A stretch of DNA of 64,000 nt. It comes from Gekko japonicus (lineage: Eukaryota). Location of the stretch: positions 61,311 through 125,310 of the forward strand of contig NW_015163625.1 of assembly GCF_001447785.1 (NCBI RefSeq). Direction: 5' to 3'. Each line of letters starts with the position of its first letter. Position 1 is the first letter of the stretch. Shown one piece after another: positions 38,701 through 52,145 of the stretch. Made by a program: the position numbers and the translations under genes. The notes under the pieces are model-generated. The model worked only from the letters and a program-made list of their open reading frames with translations, did not search any database and was not told the origin of the DNA.

Positions 38701-41245
38701 NNNNNNNNNNNNNNNNNNNNNNNNNNNNNNNNNNNNNNNNNNNNNNNNNNNNNNNNNNNNNNNNNNNNNNNNNNNNNNNNNNNNNNNNNNNNNNNNNNNN
38801 NNNNNNNNNNNNNNNNNNNNNNNNNNNNNNNNNNNNNNNNNNNNNNNNNNNNNNNNNNNNNNNNNNNNNNNNNNNNNNNNNNNNNNNNNNNNNNNNNNNN
38901 NNNNNNNNNNNNNNNNNNNNNNNNNNNNNNNNNNNNNNNNNNNNNNNNNNNNNNNNNNNNNNNNNNNNNNNNNNNNNNNNNNNNNNNNNNNNNNNNNNNN
39001 NNNNNNNNNNNNNNNNNNNNNNNNNNNNNNNNNNNNNNNNNNNNNNNNNNNNNNNNNNNNNNNNNNNNNNNNNNNNNNNNNNNNNNNNNNNNNNNNNNNN
39101 NNNNNNNNNNNNNNNNNNNNNNNNNNNNNNNNNNNNNNNNNNNNNNNNNNNNNNNNNNNNNNNNNNNNNNNNNNNNNNNNNNNNNNNNNNNNNNNNNNNN
39201 NNNNNNNNNNNNNNNNNNNNNNNNNNNNNNNNNNNNNNNNNNNNNNNNNNNNNNNNNNNNNNNNNNNNNNNNNNNNNNNNNNNNNNNNNNNNNNNNNNNN
39301 NNNNNNNNNNNNNNNNNNNNNNNNNNNNNNNNNNNNNNNNNNNNNNNNNNNNNNNNNNNNNNNNNNNNNNNNNNNNNNNNNNNNNNNNNNNNNNNNNNNN
39401 NNNNNNNNNNNNNNNNNNNNNNNNNNNNNNNNNNNNNNNNNNNNNNNNNNNNNNNNNNNNNNNNNNNNNNNNNNNNNNNNNNNNNNNNATAAACTGCATC
39501 CGTTGCCTGCGGATGTTGCTGGACAACAGAGAGGCCTAAAGAGTGGGCCATTCTTTTGACTAGATCTGTGTAAGATGTAAGGCTGTCGGATGGGGATACG
39601 GGTAAGTCCTCAGCGACATCCTGGTTGGGAGATGTATGGTCAGGAGAGGTATGAGCCTCAGAAGCCTCAGTATCTGAGTCCACTTCTATGAAGTCAGAGG
39701 AGTCTTGTTGTGGTATCTGGACCGAAGTGTCCTGTTGACAAGTTATGGGTTTAGTTTGGACGACGACCGGGGTTGGAGTGACTGGAGGGTTAAGAGGACG
39801 ACTTGGTTCCAGAGTATGGTGGGAAGGACCGACTACAGGAGGACGTGACAGAGATGCTGAAGGTCTCGATTTAACAGAATGGGACGAATAACGATCCCAC
39901 TCAGAATAGCTCGCCGGAGTCAACCACGGCATGGATGGTGGATAAGCCCCGTACAAGTACCTCAACTGTTGTTGAACCCACAACATTGGTGGTGGAGGGG
40001 GCAGGAAGACTCTTGGGGAGCGACTCCTGGACTGTGGATGTCTTGGAGACAAAGCAGTAGCGTGTCTGCAAGAGCCGTCCCTGTAGTCTCGGTTGTCGAT
40101 ATCGACAGCTTGAGAGACCAAACGTGGAGAGTGACGCTGTGCGTCGCATGAAGTATATCGGTGCCGACGTGGATCGATGTCGGGAGCTTCCGATACTGTC
40201 GATGTCGACAACGGGGAAGGAGACGGAGAAGGCTCTGCATCCATTTGATGACTTAGGAGCTCTACCGTTTCGATGTCGGAGTAAGGACGCTCCATTTGTT
40301 GGATGGGGGAATCCAATAGTTGGATGGCCGGTATTGGTGGAGGGACTTGGGCCTCCGATATCGATACTGCCGTAGGAGCAGGAGGCACTTTAGGGGCATC
40401 ACCCAGTACAGACACTGCTTCCTTCCCCTTCTTCGCCGCCTTCAGGGACTTGGAAGTGCCCTTCTTCATGGACTTATGATCCTTACTTGCCTTAGCCTTC
40501 TTTTTGACTGGCGTGGAAGCGGATGATTGTGCCTTCGATGTCGGGAGCTTCGGCGTTGGTTGGTCGACATCGGAGGCAGGCCTCGATGTCGGAGCTGTCG
40601 ATGTAGACGGTCTTTCCTCCATCGCTGAGGCAGGAGCAAGGGTCGATTCAAGCAGCGCCACTTTAAGAAGCGCAGCACAGTTTTTTTGCAATTGGAGAAA
40701 CGCGCACAGTGACGACAGGACGCTGGATGGTGAGACTCTCCGAGGCAAAAAAAATGCAGAGGGTATGACAGTCAGGAAGAGCAAGTTTGCTGCCACAACC
40801 CTTGCACCTGTTGAAAAATCCCCACTTCTTCTCCATAAAAGAAGCGAAGAAGAAGAGGGAACGTTTGAGGGGGGGGTAGCCCGAAGGCCTGAGGCAAACT
40901 CCCCCGCAGCTGAAAACAAAGTTCTTTTTTAAAAAAACTGTTTTTGAAGAACAAACAACCAAAAATTAAAGTAAAAGAAAGTTTGGAAATAATTCCTAAG
41001 AGCTGTGAGGCGAAAGCTAACAGCGAACCGATCGGACCGACGAAGAGGTCTACTCTACGCGGCGGTAAGAAACATACTGGCGGGATATCTGCGCCCAGCC
41101 CTCTGGGCATGCGCGGTGGGGTTCCTGCGCATGCCTGAGGGACTGGGTGCGAAAATCCGTTAAAAAAGCTTGCTACAGCACTGATCGATCCAGCGCGTGC
41201 GCACTAGATCCCATGGGTGTGAAGCACAGAGACCATGTCGAAGAT
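35767..41245 (-). mobile_element. DIRS1-type retrotransposon copy D, both termini present (same family as A)
   Basis: ITRs ~35815-35970 vs ~41075-41230; ICR ~36043-36135; gag 39490-40800 (GCGSKLALPDCHTLC; RYLYGAYPPSMPWL similar to copy A); RT YIDD at ~38330; RNase H HINFLEL and YVNRQGGT; MT; YR (AITSTRQVGE, HTLDMKRAL). Contains N gap 38574-39488. Confidence 0.96.
38574..39488. other. assembly gap (N run)
   Basis: N bases. Confidence 1.
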
Positions 41246-41849
41246 TATATGGTTACCAACTTAAAATGTGATTAAGCGTTATCATTTATACACAGCAAAT
41301 GATCCTTTCATAATGTGACACCTTCAATGACTTTGTTACCTGCAAGGATGGATGGGGGGGGGGGGAAATCTGGGCAGACACATTCCACTAATGGCAGCAC
41401 TTTCCCCTAGCACAGGAGCCTTCCTTTGCCACAAGAGCCTCTTGCATCAAGTCAGAATACCTTACACCCAGGGAAAACATCCAGGGAAAACGTAACAGAT
41501 CCATAGGATAAAACCCATCCTACTATTTGGCTTAGGAGGTCATTTCAACACCCACTCTACACTCATCATGACAGCTCGCTACTGAAGGTGTTAAATTGTT
41601 TGCACTGAGTTAAGTCTCAATTCAATTTCTGTAAACTGAACTGGCCTTGCAAAGCATTAAACTGCTAAAGTCCCTTCAAAATCCTCACCAACAACCCCTC
41701 CCCATCGCTAGACATTTCTCATTCCCAACAAGTATGGTTACAGCTAATTATAAGTATGGTTACAACTAATGAATAACTAAATGAAATTATTAAGCCCAGT
41801 ATCTCTCACGTAGAACTTGTACTTCTGTCCAAGAAACAGATTTTTAAGA

Positions 41850-42379
41850 TAACATGAATCTGGATTTTCTTGGGAAAACTGGGGGGAAAGACCTCGAGAA
41901 AATCCCAGATATATTTGAAAGTTACTGGTAAACCTGAAAACAGCAAGAGGCAGGAGCAGATTGCGCCTGTCTCGCAGCTGTCTGTCAGGCTTCTGCAGTC
42001 CCTTAAAACTTTAAAAAGGCTGCAGAAGACAATCCTTGCCAGCTCAGCTTGGGGCTGGCTAGCTTTTCATGCAGCCTGGTTTAAACCAGGCTGCAAGAGA
42101 AGTCAACCCAGGATCAGTTGTGCCCGCAGGGAGCACACTGCTCCCCGTAGGCACGGATGCTGGTGTGCAATTTTCCCCCAGGGATTTTTCCTTTTCAGGT
42201 CTATGGGACACCACCCCCCCCCAAAAAAATAATAATCAGGATTTCTGAAAAATCCCAGATCTGATGGTATTGAAATCCAGGATTTTTTGGGAAACCTGAT
42301 TTCCCCCTTCCAATTCAACATACTGGGATACTGGGTAGGGGGGGGGGGGGGGGGAGGGGGGGAAAATTTCACACCCCTA
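41850..42379. mobile_element. probable hAT-like MITE remnant
   Basis: Right end CACACCCCTA (TAGGGGTGTG-type TIR), repeated AAATCCCAGAT sub-terminal motifs; left TIR not found. Confidence 0.45.
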
Positions 42380-44220
42380 GTTAGAACTCAATGGCTGATT
42401 AGTACAGTAGGTTTTTAAGATAAAACAAGGTTAAACATATCCCATGGTAAAGAGAAATTAAAAGATGGTATTTTAGTGTTGCAACAATTTAATGTTATCA
42501 TATTTTTAGCACAACACAATTCTTGCCAGTTGTAACCTAACCATTCTGGAACTAATTGCCCTATGTAATATCAATTTATCATTTGATTTCTCCTTAGAAG
42601 TCTTCTTTCTTCTTCATATTTTTAGTTTATTTTACTCTGATTATGAAGTGTTCAATTCTTTAAAATCCTGGGACAATTTATCATGATTAATAACAAAATT
42701 ATAAATATTTTTCCCAATAAAAAACTATAATCTGTGAAAAGGTAACAAAATTCCCAAAGTAATCAAGTTTCATTTTGAATCTTCTTGCCCCCACCCAGAG
42801 TCAAACAGAAAGCTATAAAGTTTAAAAAACAGACAATGAAATAGTAATTTTTTTTCTGCCAAAAATTATTACAATCAATAATTTAACTGTCTCCTTTGGA
42901 AGGAGGGGAATGGAGAGGCAAAAAGTTTAGGTAAACTACCATGATACCACAATTGGAAAGTTATATTTGAATGTGTCAGTCCAAAATAAGCATTAAGCAC
43001 ACCTTCAGGTTCATCCATAAGTTATTATATCTATCAACTACACATCAACCTGTATGTATTCGATATGTTTTATGTTGAAACCTAATAAAATATTATGGTT
43101 AAAAAAAACCCCTACACATTGTAATTCAAAATGGCTCCAACTCTAGGAACATAGAAGTTGCTGTTTTTAACTCTTCTCTCACTATGTAAAATTATACAAA
43201 TCCAGTCCTATGGAATAGGATTTCTTTTGCTATATCAATAACATAACTTCTTGGAATTATGTCAAGGTTGTCAAACGGGAGGCTTCTATTGCCATACCCC
43301 TAATAAACTAGACAACTAGAGAATGGGCGAAAGACAATTTACCTTCGTAAAGGCTGAAACTGCTGCTAGCTGGATTTTCAATGAGGATGTCTGGGGGCCA
43401 GACAGAATTAATGAAGAAGGTATTCAAGTAGCTTGTATTGGGATATGCAAAAGGATCCAACTGTTTAGCCTCATACCATCTTCCACTTGAAGTTCCTATG
43501 ACAGTCCAATGAACTTTTCAGCTAGGAGAACTTGATACTTTCTCAGCCACACCAGCTGCAGGATCTCTAACCACTCAGAAGCCAAGCTGGAAGCGAGAGA
43601 AATTCTCGGTTGGGATGGATAAAAATGCCCTGGTTCTGGACAATCAGGTATGACAAATTCCATCATCTGTGAGTTAGGCAACAGCCATCATCTTTGGAAG
43701 AGGGGGCTAAACTCAGCCCTACTAAGAAGAGGTGTTCAAACACATTATGCTATAGATCATCATGTCTTTTAGTTAGAACTTGCATTTAAAGATAGGCACG
43801 TATCAGTACACTCATCATCTTAAGATTCCCTCTTACTTCTCACATTAAGAACTATGTTCGACACAAATTTACTATATCATAAAGCAAAAAGAAAAATTAT
43901 TTACTTTTTAGAAATATAGGGGTATTTTTCCTAGTAAAGGACTCCTTCTTTTAGCAGGCCATGCCTTCTTTACAGTTTATCCCTACTGGGATCCAAAAGA
44001 ACATACATTCTTATTCATTTAATAGATCCAACTCCAATTTCACTAGATCCAAACATGCCAAATGCTGAACTTCTTGAATTTGCAACTAAGAATAATTTGC
44101 TTTTCACTGGTTTAAACACACACAAAAAAATTATAATAAATGTGTACCAAGCCGACAACAAATACTGATACCCACAACAGCATTGAGCTTGCAGAAAGTT
44201 AAAGTTAGTCTACAACTTAC

Positions 44221-44371
44221 CTGTTATAGTACCTGCCCCCCATCATAAACTGGTTGTTCGGTGTTGGGCATATTTTAAAACGTTGTATGTTTTCGCTTGT
44301 CCGAAAGTAGAGAGAATAATCTCCAGGTGTATTATCAGACGGTCTCACAAGAAAACTTGACACCTGACCAA
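44221..44371 (-). CDS. RASA1: RASA1 exon 8 (151 nt), C-SH2
   Basis: GQVSSFLVRPSDNTPGDYSLYFRTSENIQRFKICPTPNNQFMMGGRYYN; AG/GTAAGT. Confidence 0.97.
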
Positions 44372-44888
44372 CTGATTGGAAAAAAACAGGCACTTAGCTC
44401 ATCACCAATAATTTGTCTTCTCAGTGTCAATATAATAGTTTAATTGAACTCAGCTGGAATTTGGCATGCACACAAGGAAATTCAGTCACTTGCACAAATT
44501 CATTCCCCACATTATGTGTTCCTATAAAGACAGACATGATCCACTGATATCTTCTCGGAGTGTTCTAACCAATAGTTTCTTCTTCCTTGAAATTATGAAT
44601 TATAGGAATCTTTTCTAAAAGAACATATGCCAAGGCTATGTGATGCATGAAATGAATTCTCACATGTTGACAAGTATAGTGTAACATTGAAGGTATACCT
44701 TTACCAAAACAATACACTTTACAATACACCATCTAAGATTCGTATTATGTATATATTTACTTTTGTTTGAGGCATTTACCATAACCATATTATGACGATC
44801 CCACTAATTCTTCTGCAATCTGTTAATGCAATCAATTGAAAAGGAGCACAGCCATTTATACAGTACATTCTGAGCACAGTACAAGTAC

Positions 44889-44941
44889 CTGTCATCAGCA
44901 AGCTGTAAGCCTCTTGTTTGGAGATCTTCCCATGGAACCAG
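44889..44941 (-). CDS. RASA1: RASA1 exon 7 (53 nt), C-SH2 start
   Basis: WFHGKISKQEAYSLLMT; AG/GTACT. Confidence 0.96.
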
Positions 44942-46217
44942 CTTAAAGAATTGGATAAATTAGGAAATATTAGAAATAGATTCCAGTTTATTTGAATGAT
45001 AGTACTCTATTACCTAAGAATTATTCATATGATTTTATAACTCCAGAGCGTGTTCAAAAACTGCACACAAAAATGCTATGTACAGACAAAAGGGGTATGT
45101 ATTTACTAATTTGGGGGGAAACCCAACCTTGCAGAAAAATCCAAAAGTTCAAAAATGTTTTTTAAAAGAATCAAAACAAGAGAAGTAGTGTCTGCTTCTC
45201 TATCACAGGACATCACAACTCAATTTTTAAAAAATGCCAAGATGTTATGATATCACAATCAACATCATAATTGGGCATTTTAAAATTATTTATTTCTTAT
45301 TTAGAAAGTGTTTATACTACTTCGAGTGGGAACCTGCCTAAGCCAGTTTACAAAATAAAAATAACACCATTAAACTCAGCAGGAGGCAACATAGCAGTTG
45401 CAAGATAATGTGTACGGTGATGGTGATAGCAGCAGGTAGGGGCAGGGGAAGGCAGAGATGGCAGGAGATAGGTGGGTGGAGAAGACATTTAGCTGGCAAA
45501 CTGGAAAAATGTCCCAACATTTTGTTGCAAATTCCCACCTATCTCTTTAAGTGCCAAAGTGATCAGAAAAGTCTCATGTAGAAATAGCTATATCATTAGA
45601 ACAATCTGAAACAGATAATCTATATAGATTGGGTAGTAATTTTTTTTTTTGCCATTCTAGCAAGATCTGGTAGGTAGAACTCAAAGGCTGGAGTTATTTT
45701 CCACATCAACTACCTGTGAAATTCCTTTCAATACACTAGCAACCTGTCCACTAAACTTTTCTTGTATGTTTGGGAAACACTTCAATATTGCAGGTACATC
45801 CCTCTTATGCAGCTAATATATCCTATTCTTATCTTTATAGGATTTACTTTCTAAAACTTGTATGATCCTCACAGTTTTCTAAATTGTCCATATTATTCTC
45901 AAAACTATCATGGGCAGAACTTAACAAAGCAATCCCAGGCTTGCTTTCTCTCCCTCCCCCAGCAGCTGGGAAAAACTCTGGCTGAGTTGCCCAGTGACAG
46001 CTACCCAGATCAACTGCGCAGTGCCAGGCCCAGTTGTATGATGTCAGCCACCAGTCCCAGTTGAACTGTGGGCTACCCACAAGGACTTGTGAGGGGCATC
46101 TCATTTCCCCATTCCTCACACTATTTTCTCTTTCTCTCCTCCTGACAGCCACCATATGCTCCTGCCTTTCCTTGCTTCCTTTCCTATTTCCCAACCATCA
46201 GACCATCTTCCACCACA

Positions 46218-46454
46218 TTTATTTTTTTTAACTTCATTTATACCCTACCTTTCTCCACAATGGGGACTCAAACTGGCTTACACCATTCTCTCCTCTTCCA
46301 TTTTATCCTCCCAACAACCCTGTGAGATAGGTTAGTCTGAGAGTGTGCGACTGGTCCAAGGTCACCCAGTCAGCTTTTATGGGAGTACGTATGTGAACCT
46401 GGGTCTTCCAAATCCTAGCCTGAAACTCTTAACCACTACACCACACTAGCTCTC
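46218..46454 (-). mobile_element. older Squam3-like SINE
   Basis: Ends AACCACTACACCACACTAGCTCTC (A-box on minus strand); AACAACCCTGTGAGATAGGTTAG core. Confidence 0.75.
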
Positions 46455-46894
46455 ATGTGGTGGCACCTATTGAATAGCAGAGAGTAGCTGGGACCAGACA
46501 AGTCATGAAAGTTGCATGGTAGCAAGTTTCAGACTCTTCTGCAAACCTGGGGCTCTTCTGAGTTTGTAGAAAGATCTGTCTTGTTCGTCCATGGCTCCGA
46601 TCTACAAATTTAAGAATTCACAGATGGACTCATGTTGTGATTACATATACTGACTGTCCTGTTTGTTACCTCAACAACACTAGCCTTTTATGACTCAGCA
46701 ATAACACTGATTTGTGGTCCATGTCATATTTACAAAGCATATCAAAATTCCTGTAGTATAATGCTCAAGATGCACGGTACTCTCTGGAATTTTACTCTTC
46801 ATAAATTAAGAATTCTAAAAGAATACCTCTTCAGATATTAAGGTCTGTCATAGATTTGCACCACAAAACATGCTTTCATTTTATCAAAACTTAC

Positions 46895-46926
46895 ATCTTT
46901 CCTTCATGTGGATCTTCTTCACGGCC
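46895..46926 (-). CDS. RASA1: RASA1 exon 6 (32 nt micro-exon)
   Basis: GREEDPHEGK; AG/GTAAGT; phase fits neighbouring exons. Confidence 0.95.
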
Positions 46927-47644
46927 CTAATGAAAACATACCACACACTTTAAGAATAAAGCAAGGCAACACAAGAAATCATTTTCTAAAGTTCACGCAA
47001 TGCTTTATTAAATATTAAAAATAATTCTGCAATTTGAACAGCTTTAATATTTGATATTATACTTCCACTTATCTAACCCCTATTCTATCCAAGTGCCAGG
47101 AAGATCTGAAAAATTCTATGCATATCTCCTCCCTACAGAGAATGCCAATGAGACCACCTCTAAAGTGACCAAATTCTGTGCTGAGACTCTATTAATAAGA
47201 GAGCAGATATTCCAAACTTTTAAATAACCAATGAACATCAGGGTCATTACACAGAGGAAGGCAATGGCAAACCATCTCTGAACATCTCTTGCCTTACCCT
47301 ATGGGGTCTCTATAAGTCAGTTCTGACATAACAGCAATACACACACACACACACATATGTAGACTATGCTTTGTTGTTGATTGATAGTCATAAATGTTGA
47401 TTAATATTTTAACACTCAGCAATATTATTAGGTTTGTTCAAGGAAACAAGCATGCAACTGAGAAAAGTTTGCTCTCAACCTCCAGAAACAACCTGAGTTA
47501 GAAATACAGACTGCTATCAAATTTTCATCTTTTCACTAAAAGCATGCCAAACCGTAAACTGGGCAGCATGGTACTGCAAAAATGCCTCCAACAGAGAGTA
47601 CAATTCATCTGGCTTATTATTTGAAAACTTAAAAAGATACTGAC

Positions 47645-48095
47645 TAGATGAGCACAAGCCAGTTCACAAACCAAAACTCAGGCTGAATTTGGGCCTGTTC
47701 AGAGTTTGTGAATCAATGTTTGGGGAATATGCCTTCCCCAAACATTTACCAAACTTGTGGCCAGTTCATTTTGGCTGTTCAGGGCCAGCCATTTAAACCT
47801 GACAGCTGAATGGTGTAGGGTCAGGGTCCTGGTAGCCATTTAACCCTTTGGTTTTGCTTCCCCCCTGCCAGCCATTTAAACTTAACAGCTGATCAGCAGA
47901 CATGGTGGAAGGGAAGGCCATTCCAGGGCGATCCCTGCTCCCCTGCTCCCGTTCACCCAGCCGCAGCTTGCTGCAGCCAGGAGAAAGGGGGAACCAAACT
48001 CACCAGAGCAACTTGGTTTGGGTGGGGCCCTTTTGGGTTGCTTCGGGGGCCACTCTGAACCTTGAACTGCTTTTTTGGGTTTGTGCCCATCCCTA
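47645..48095. mobile_element. hAT-like MITE (TAGGGATGGGC type)
   Basis: TAGATGAGCACAA ... TTGTGCCCATCCCTA; TSD ATACTGAC / ATATTGAC. Confidence 0.75.
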
Positions 48096-48620
48096 ATATT
48101 GACTCAACCCTTCCACTTTCATCCCCATCCTAGAATAAGTCCTCTATATTTGCTTCTATGTTTATAACAGCTCTGTGGAAATTTTGATTACCCATGTCTC
48201 CCTGTGTCTCGGATCTCACCTAATACTGATGCATACCCTGATTAAAGATAATAGACCCATGGAACATAAAACCAGTATCACGTTTCAAGTTCTCTCCCAG
48301 GAAGGAAGGAAGGAAGGAGGGAGGGAGGGAGGAAAAATACTGGGTTTTGTTAATTTTCCCCTCCCTCAGACAAATAACTCACCCCTTATGCTATTACTGG
48401 AAGCTGGATTTAGAATGAAAGTTTAAAATGCTAGCATATATACCCCAACACAACAGGCAAAACAAAACGTATATGAACTCCTGTGTGAGAGACAGGAGTA
48501 ATGCAGAATTGCAAAGTCAGTTACATTTGATCAGTATTTTAAAGTGTCAAGTACACAGAATATTTTGAGTTTGTTTTTTTAAATTGAGTGTTCAAGTATG
48601 GCTTGCATAAAGTGACTTAC

Positions 48621-48738
48621 CACTTCCTCCACTAAGTCTTCTACTATAAGCCCCTGTTCATCTGTACGTAGGTTTGTAACCCACATCCATCCATCTTCTA
48701 ATTCATTGTGGACAATAAACATGTCTCCTTTAAGGAAG
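48621..48738 (-). CDS. RASA1: RASA1 exon 5 (118 nt), SH3
   Basis: FLKGDMFIVHNELEDGWMWVTNLRTDEQGLIVEDLVEEV; AG/GTAAGT. Confidence 0.97.
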
Positions 48739-49326
48739 CTAGAGGTAATTAAGATTATGACACAGTTCCAGTTAAACCAACAGTTTGGCAGCCTAAATTA
48801 ATCAAACATTTTTACATAACTCTAGACATCAAATGCACACTTCTGACAGTTACAAAAGGATAAGTGAACAAAAGGATAACTGAAGAAAAGATCTTCTAAA
48901 CAAAGGCAAGCAAAAGTCAGTCTTTCCCCAAAAGCACTAGTAAACATTGAGGGAAGCAGCTGAGGCAGTTCTACAGTTAATACTTATGTTTCTAGCATTT
49001 ACTTCAAAAGTACAATGGTCTCATTCAGAAGACAGTAGCTCACAATTTAAAAACTTTCACTGCAATCCTGTGCATATTTACGTAGAAGTAAATCACACTG
49101 CATTTAGATCTGACTTCCATGCAAGTTTGAGTATGACTGCAGGCTTCTATTTTAAACAGTCAGCTTTGTACGATTAGTTTTTCCAGGCAGACATACTGGG
49201 CTACTTCAGTCTATACACTTCTTACAGTGTAAATTAACAATTTAAAAAAGAGAGAGAGATTCTTGGTCAAAGCAAGGGTCCTAAAAACACTGGTCCCTAG
49301 ATTCTTTTACCGATGAGCTTCACCTC

Positions 49327-49329
<3 letters not shown>

Positions 49330-49380
<51 letters not shown>
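49330..49380. repeat. (AGT)17 microsatellite
   Basis: Perfect trinucleotide run read directly. Confidence 0.97.
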
Positions 49381-49381
<1 letters not shown>

Positions 49382-50385
49382 ATTCCAGCCAGGTAAAACA
49401 ACAAGCTGTCAAATCCAGCACTAACTCCAGAGGTTGCTAGAGAGATTATTGTAATTATTCTCATGGCACCTTAAAAGCTAACAAGTTTATTGAAGTATAG
49501 GTTTTTATAGATTGGTGTCTTCTACCTCAAATGTATGAAGTGTTATCCTCGAGCAGCACAAACGCACAAAAAACCCTTTATATATTATATCTATTTGGTT
49601 TCTCCATCCATTCATAAATTTATGAACTTCTATTATGCATCAGTCAGTTTTTACTAAACCAAGTAGCTCACTACTGCTAAATCTAAATTATGCTGCTTTT
49701 GACACAGCTTTTTACACCAGTAACCAAAGCTGCTGGAATTAATTTTCTTGTGCAGTAAACCCACTCTTGAAATGAAGAATAAACTGATAGCACCAACACT
49801 ATTCCAGCAAACATCATGTACAAATACCAGGTAGCGTGAAGAAATGGAACAGCTGCATGAAAAATGGAATAGCTGCATTGTAGACAGTTACAACTACAGC
49901 TGACTGCTTTGGCATTGCCAATATTTTGAAATGATGACCCAATCTTTTAAAATATTTAACACTTTGGGGGGGGGGTGCATCTGGAAACCCTCTCCTACAA
50001 CAAATCTGCTTCTTCAGTAATCTATATAATCTCAGGTGCTTTATCAAAATAATCCCTTGCCTCTTTCTTTCACTCATGACAACTCTCAAAATTCTGTACT
50101 CCATGAACAGATCAAGCCTGGGGTTTTTTTTTGGGGGGGGGAGTGTTCTTTTTCTTTTAGTTACTTTACAAATTCAGGTTTTTCTGCATACCTGGACAGT
50201 ATCCCAAAATATGCAGTAACCTCCTAACTTGTCTGTGAATGGCTTGCTTTCTTGGGCAGCCACTTATTATTAGATCAGCTAGCAGGTCATTCATTTCTTG
50301 TAATCTTTAATAATCTCTTTGTTCTTGAACTTATTTTGTGCCCAGAAATGAATACTCCACTGAAACAGAAAATTATAATACTAAA

Positions 50386-50593
50386 AGATAGATCCAGTGG
50401 GTAACCGTGTTGGTCTGAAGCAGTAGAACAAAGTTTGAGTCCAGTGGCACCTTTAAGACCAACAGGATTTTATTCAAGGTATGAGCTTTCGTGTGTACTC
50501 ACACTGTATTTGAGGAAGTGTGCATGCACATGAAAGCTCATTCTATGAATAAAACTTTGTTGGTCTTAAAGGTGTCACTGGACTCATACTTTG
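50386..50593. mobile_element. Penelope-like element remnant (inverted pLTR hairpin)
   Basis: Arms ~50427-50495 and ~50527-50595 are reverse complements; flanked by direct repeat TTATAATACTAAA; homologous to 56750-56890. Confidence 0.75.
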
Positions 50594-50769
50594 TTATAAT
50601 ACTAAAGTAGCTTACAAGGTAGTTTTAAATTATAAAGAAATTATTATAGTGCTCACTGCCACTTTAACTCTTTTATAAATATTAATAAACCTTTTTTAAA
50701 ACACAAGAACATGTTTAATGTTGCTCCCAAGTCACCATGCAGAGTATTTGTAAGTATTATCAACTATAC

Positions 50770-50840
50770 CTTATTTCATCTGTTTCTGGCACTTTAGTAT
50801 ATGGCAAAATGGCTCGGACTCTCCTGCGGTCCTCTACTGG
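50770..50840 (-). CDS. RASA1: RASA1 exon 4 (71 nt), SH3 start
   Basis: PVEDRRRVRAILPYTKVPETDEI; AG/GTATA. Confidence 0.96.
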
Positions 50841-52145
50841 CTATAAAAAACACAGGTGTTCTGTTATGGAATAGGACTACAGATCTGAATTGCAATGCCA
50901 GCAATGCGGCTTCAAGACAAGATACAGAAGACCCAATGTACTAACTAGACTCTGAATTTTTACTGACTGGTTTGTAGCAAGACAAGAACTCAAGCTGATG
51001 ATTGCTTTAGTAATGCCAACATTTTCATCTGGCTGGAGTCTAGCAGAGCAATTCTAAGAACACTTTGCTAGAAGTAAGCTTCACTGAATAGGCTTGAGTA
51101 GGATGCTGAGTAGCCCTTTTTAGGATTGCACTGTTAATCTCTTCAACATCTCAAATGAGAGCTTCCAGTTGCTTATTCATCATTCAGGGCAGAATTAAAC
51201 AGAAGTCTTTGCAGTTCAGGTTAATTTTTAAAAGTGGAACCTGTTTTGCATTTTGGACAGACTAAGCAGTTTATTGGATTATGTCTCTAGTAAGAACACA
51301 TGAAAATAATAACTGTAGACATTGGCATGAATTTGTTGTGCATTTTTCACTAGCAATAGAGCAAAACAGTTTTGCTGGGAAAATAAGTACAGTACTACCT
51401 TGCTGCATGCATATTTTTATCATTATGTTCATGGTTCAACAGAGTATTACTGAAATGGTTATAGCATGAAGTTTAAATTGCTGACATTTACAGCAAGTGT
51501 AAATGACATCTATCACAGGTCTCCTTTACAATTTCCACCAACCCTCCACAGCTCTTAAGCACTCAAAAAGACCCAGAACACAAGGAATGTGCGTCCTGCC
51601 CTTTTCTTGTGATCCTGATAGAATCAAATTTGATACGTATTCCTCCACCACCACCACCACAGTTTTAATCCTTGCAGAACTGAGAGGTAGTAACAAAGGA
51701 AAATACATGGGTTACAACACTGCTGGGGGGTGTTAGAAGACTGTAGTTCCCTTCTCCACAGCACCTGCCTTCTTTCACAGGCGGAAGCAAGGGGAAGTGA
51801 TACCCCATGATACTTGGGGCCCAGCAAAATGTAGTCTTTCCTATTCTACAGTCATCCACGTAGGGAAGAAAATGGGTGACTTTGTTCCAAAGTCTTCTGA
51901 ACCTGGTATTTAATCTTAGATTCCCTTCCGTGCAAAAAATGTCACAATACCCTCTATAATTACAAAACATATAAAAAGAAATCACTTACATACCCCCTCA
52001 CTTACACAAGACGTCTAAGGTGTTTAATAGCATAAAATTAGTTACTGACTTAACACTATTGTTAATATCAAAATCAAACAAGTATTTTTTAATAAAGATC
52101 AATTTTTACAAAAAGGCAGAAAACAGGATTTTTTAAATAACATAC

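Noticed and set aside
43130-43760. Slightly GC-richer, coding-looking tract in intron 8 (similar tracts at 15700-16250 and 30830-31050)
   Set aside because: No recognisable motif, termini or splice context. These are probably decayed repeats and cannot be classified by eye.
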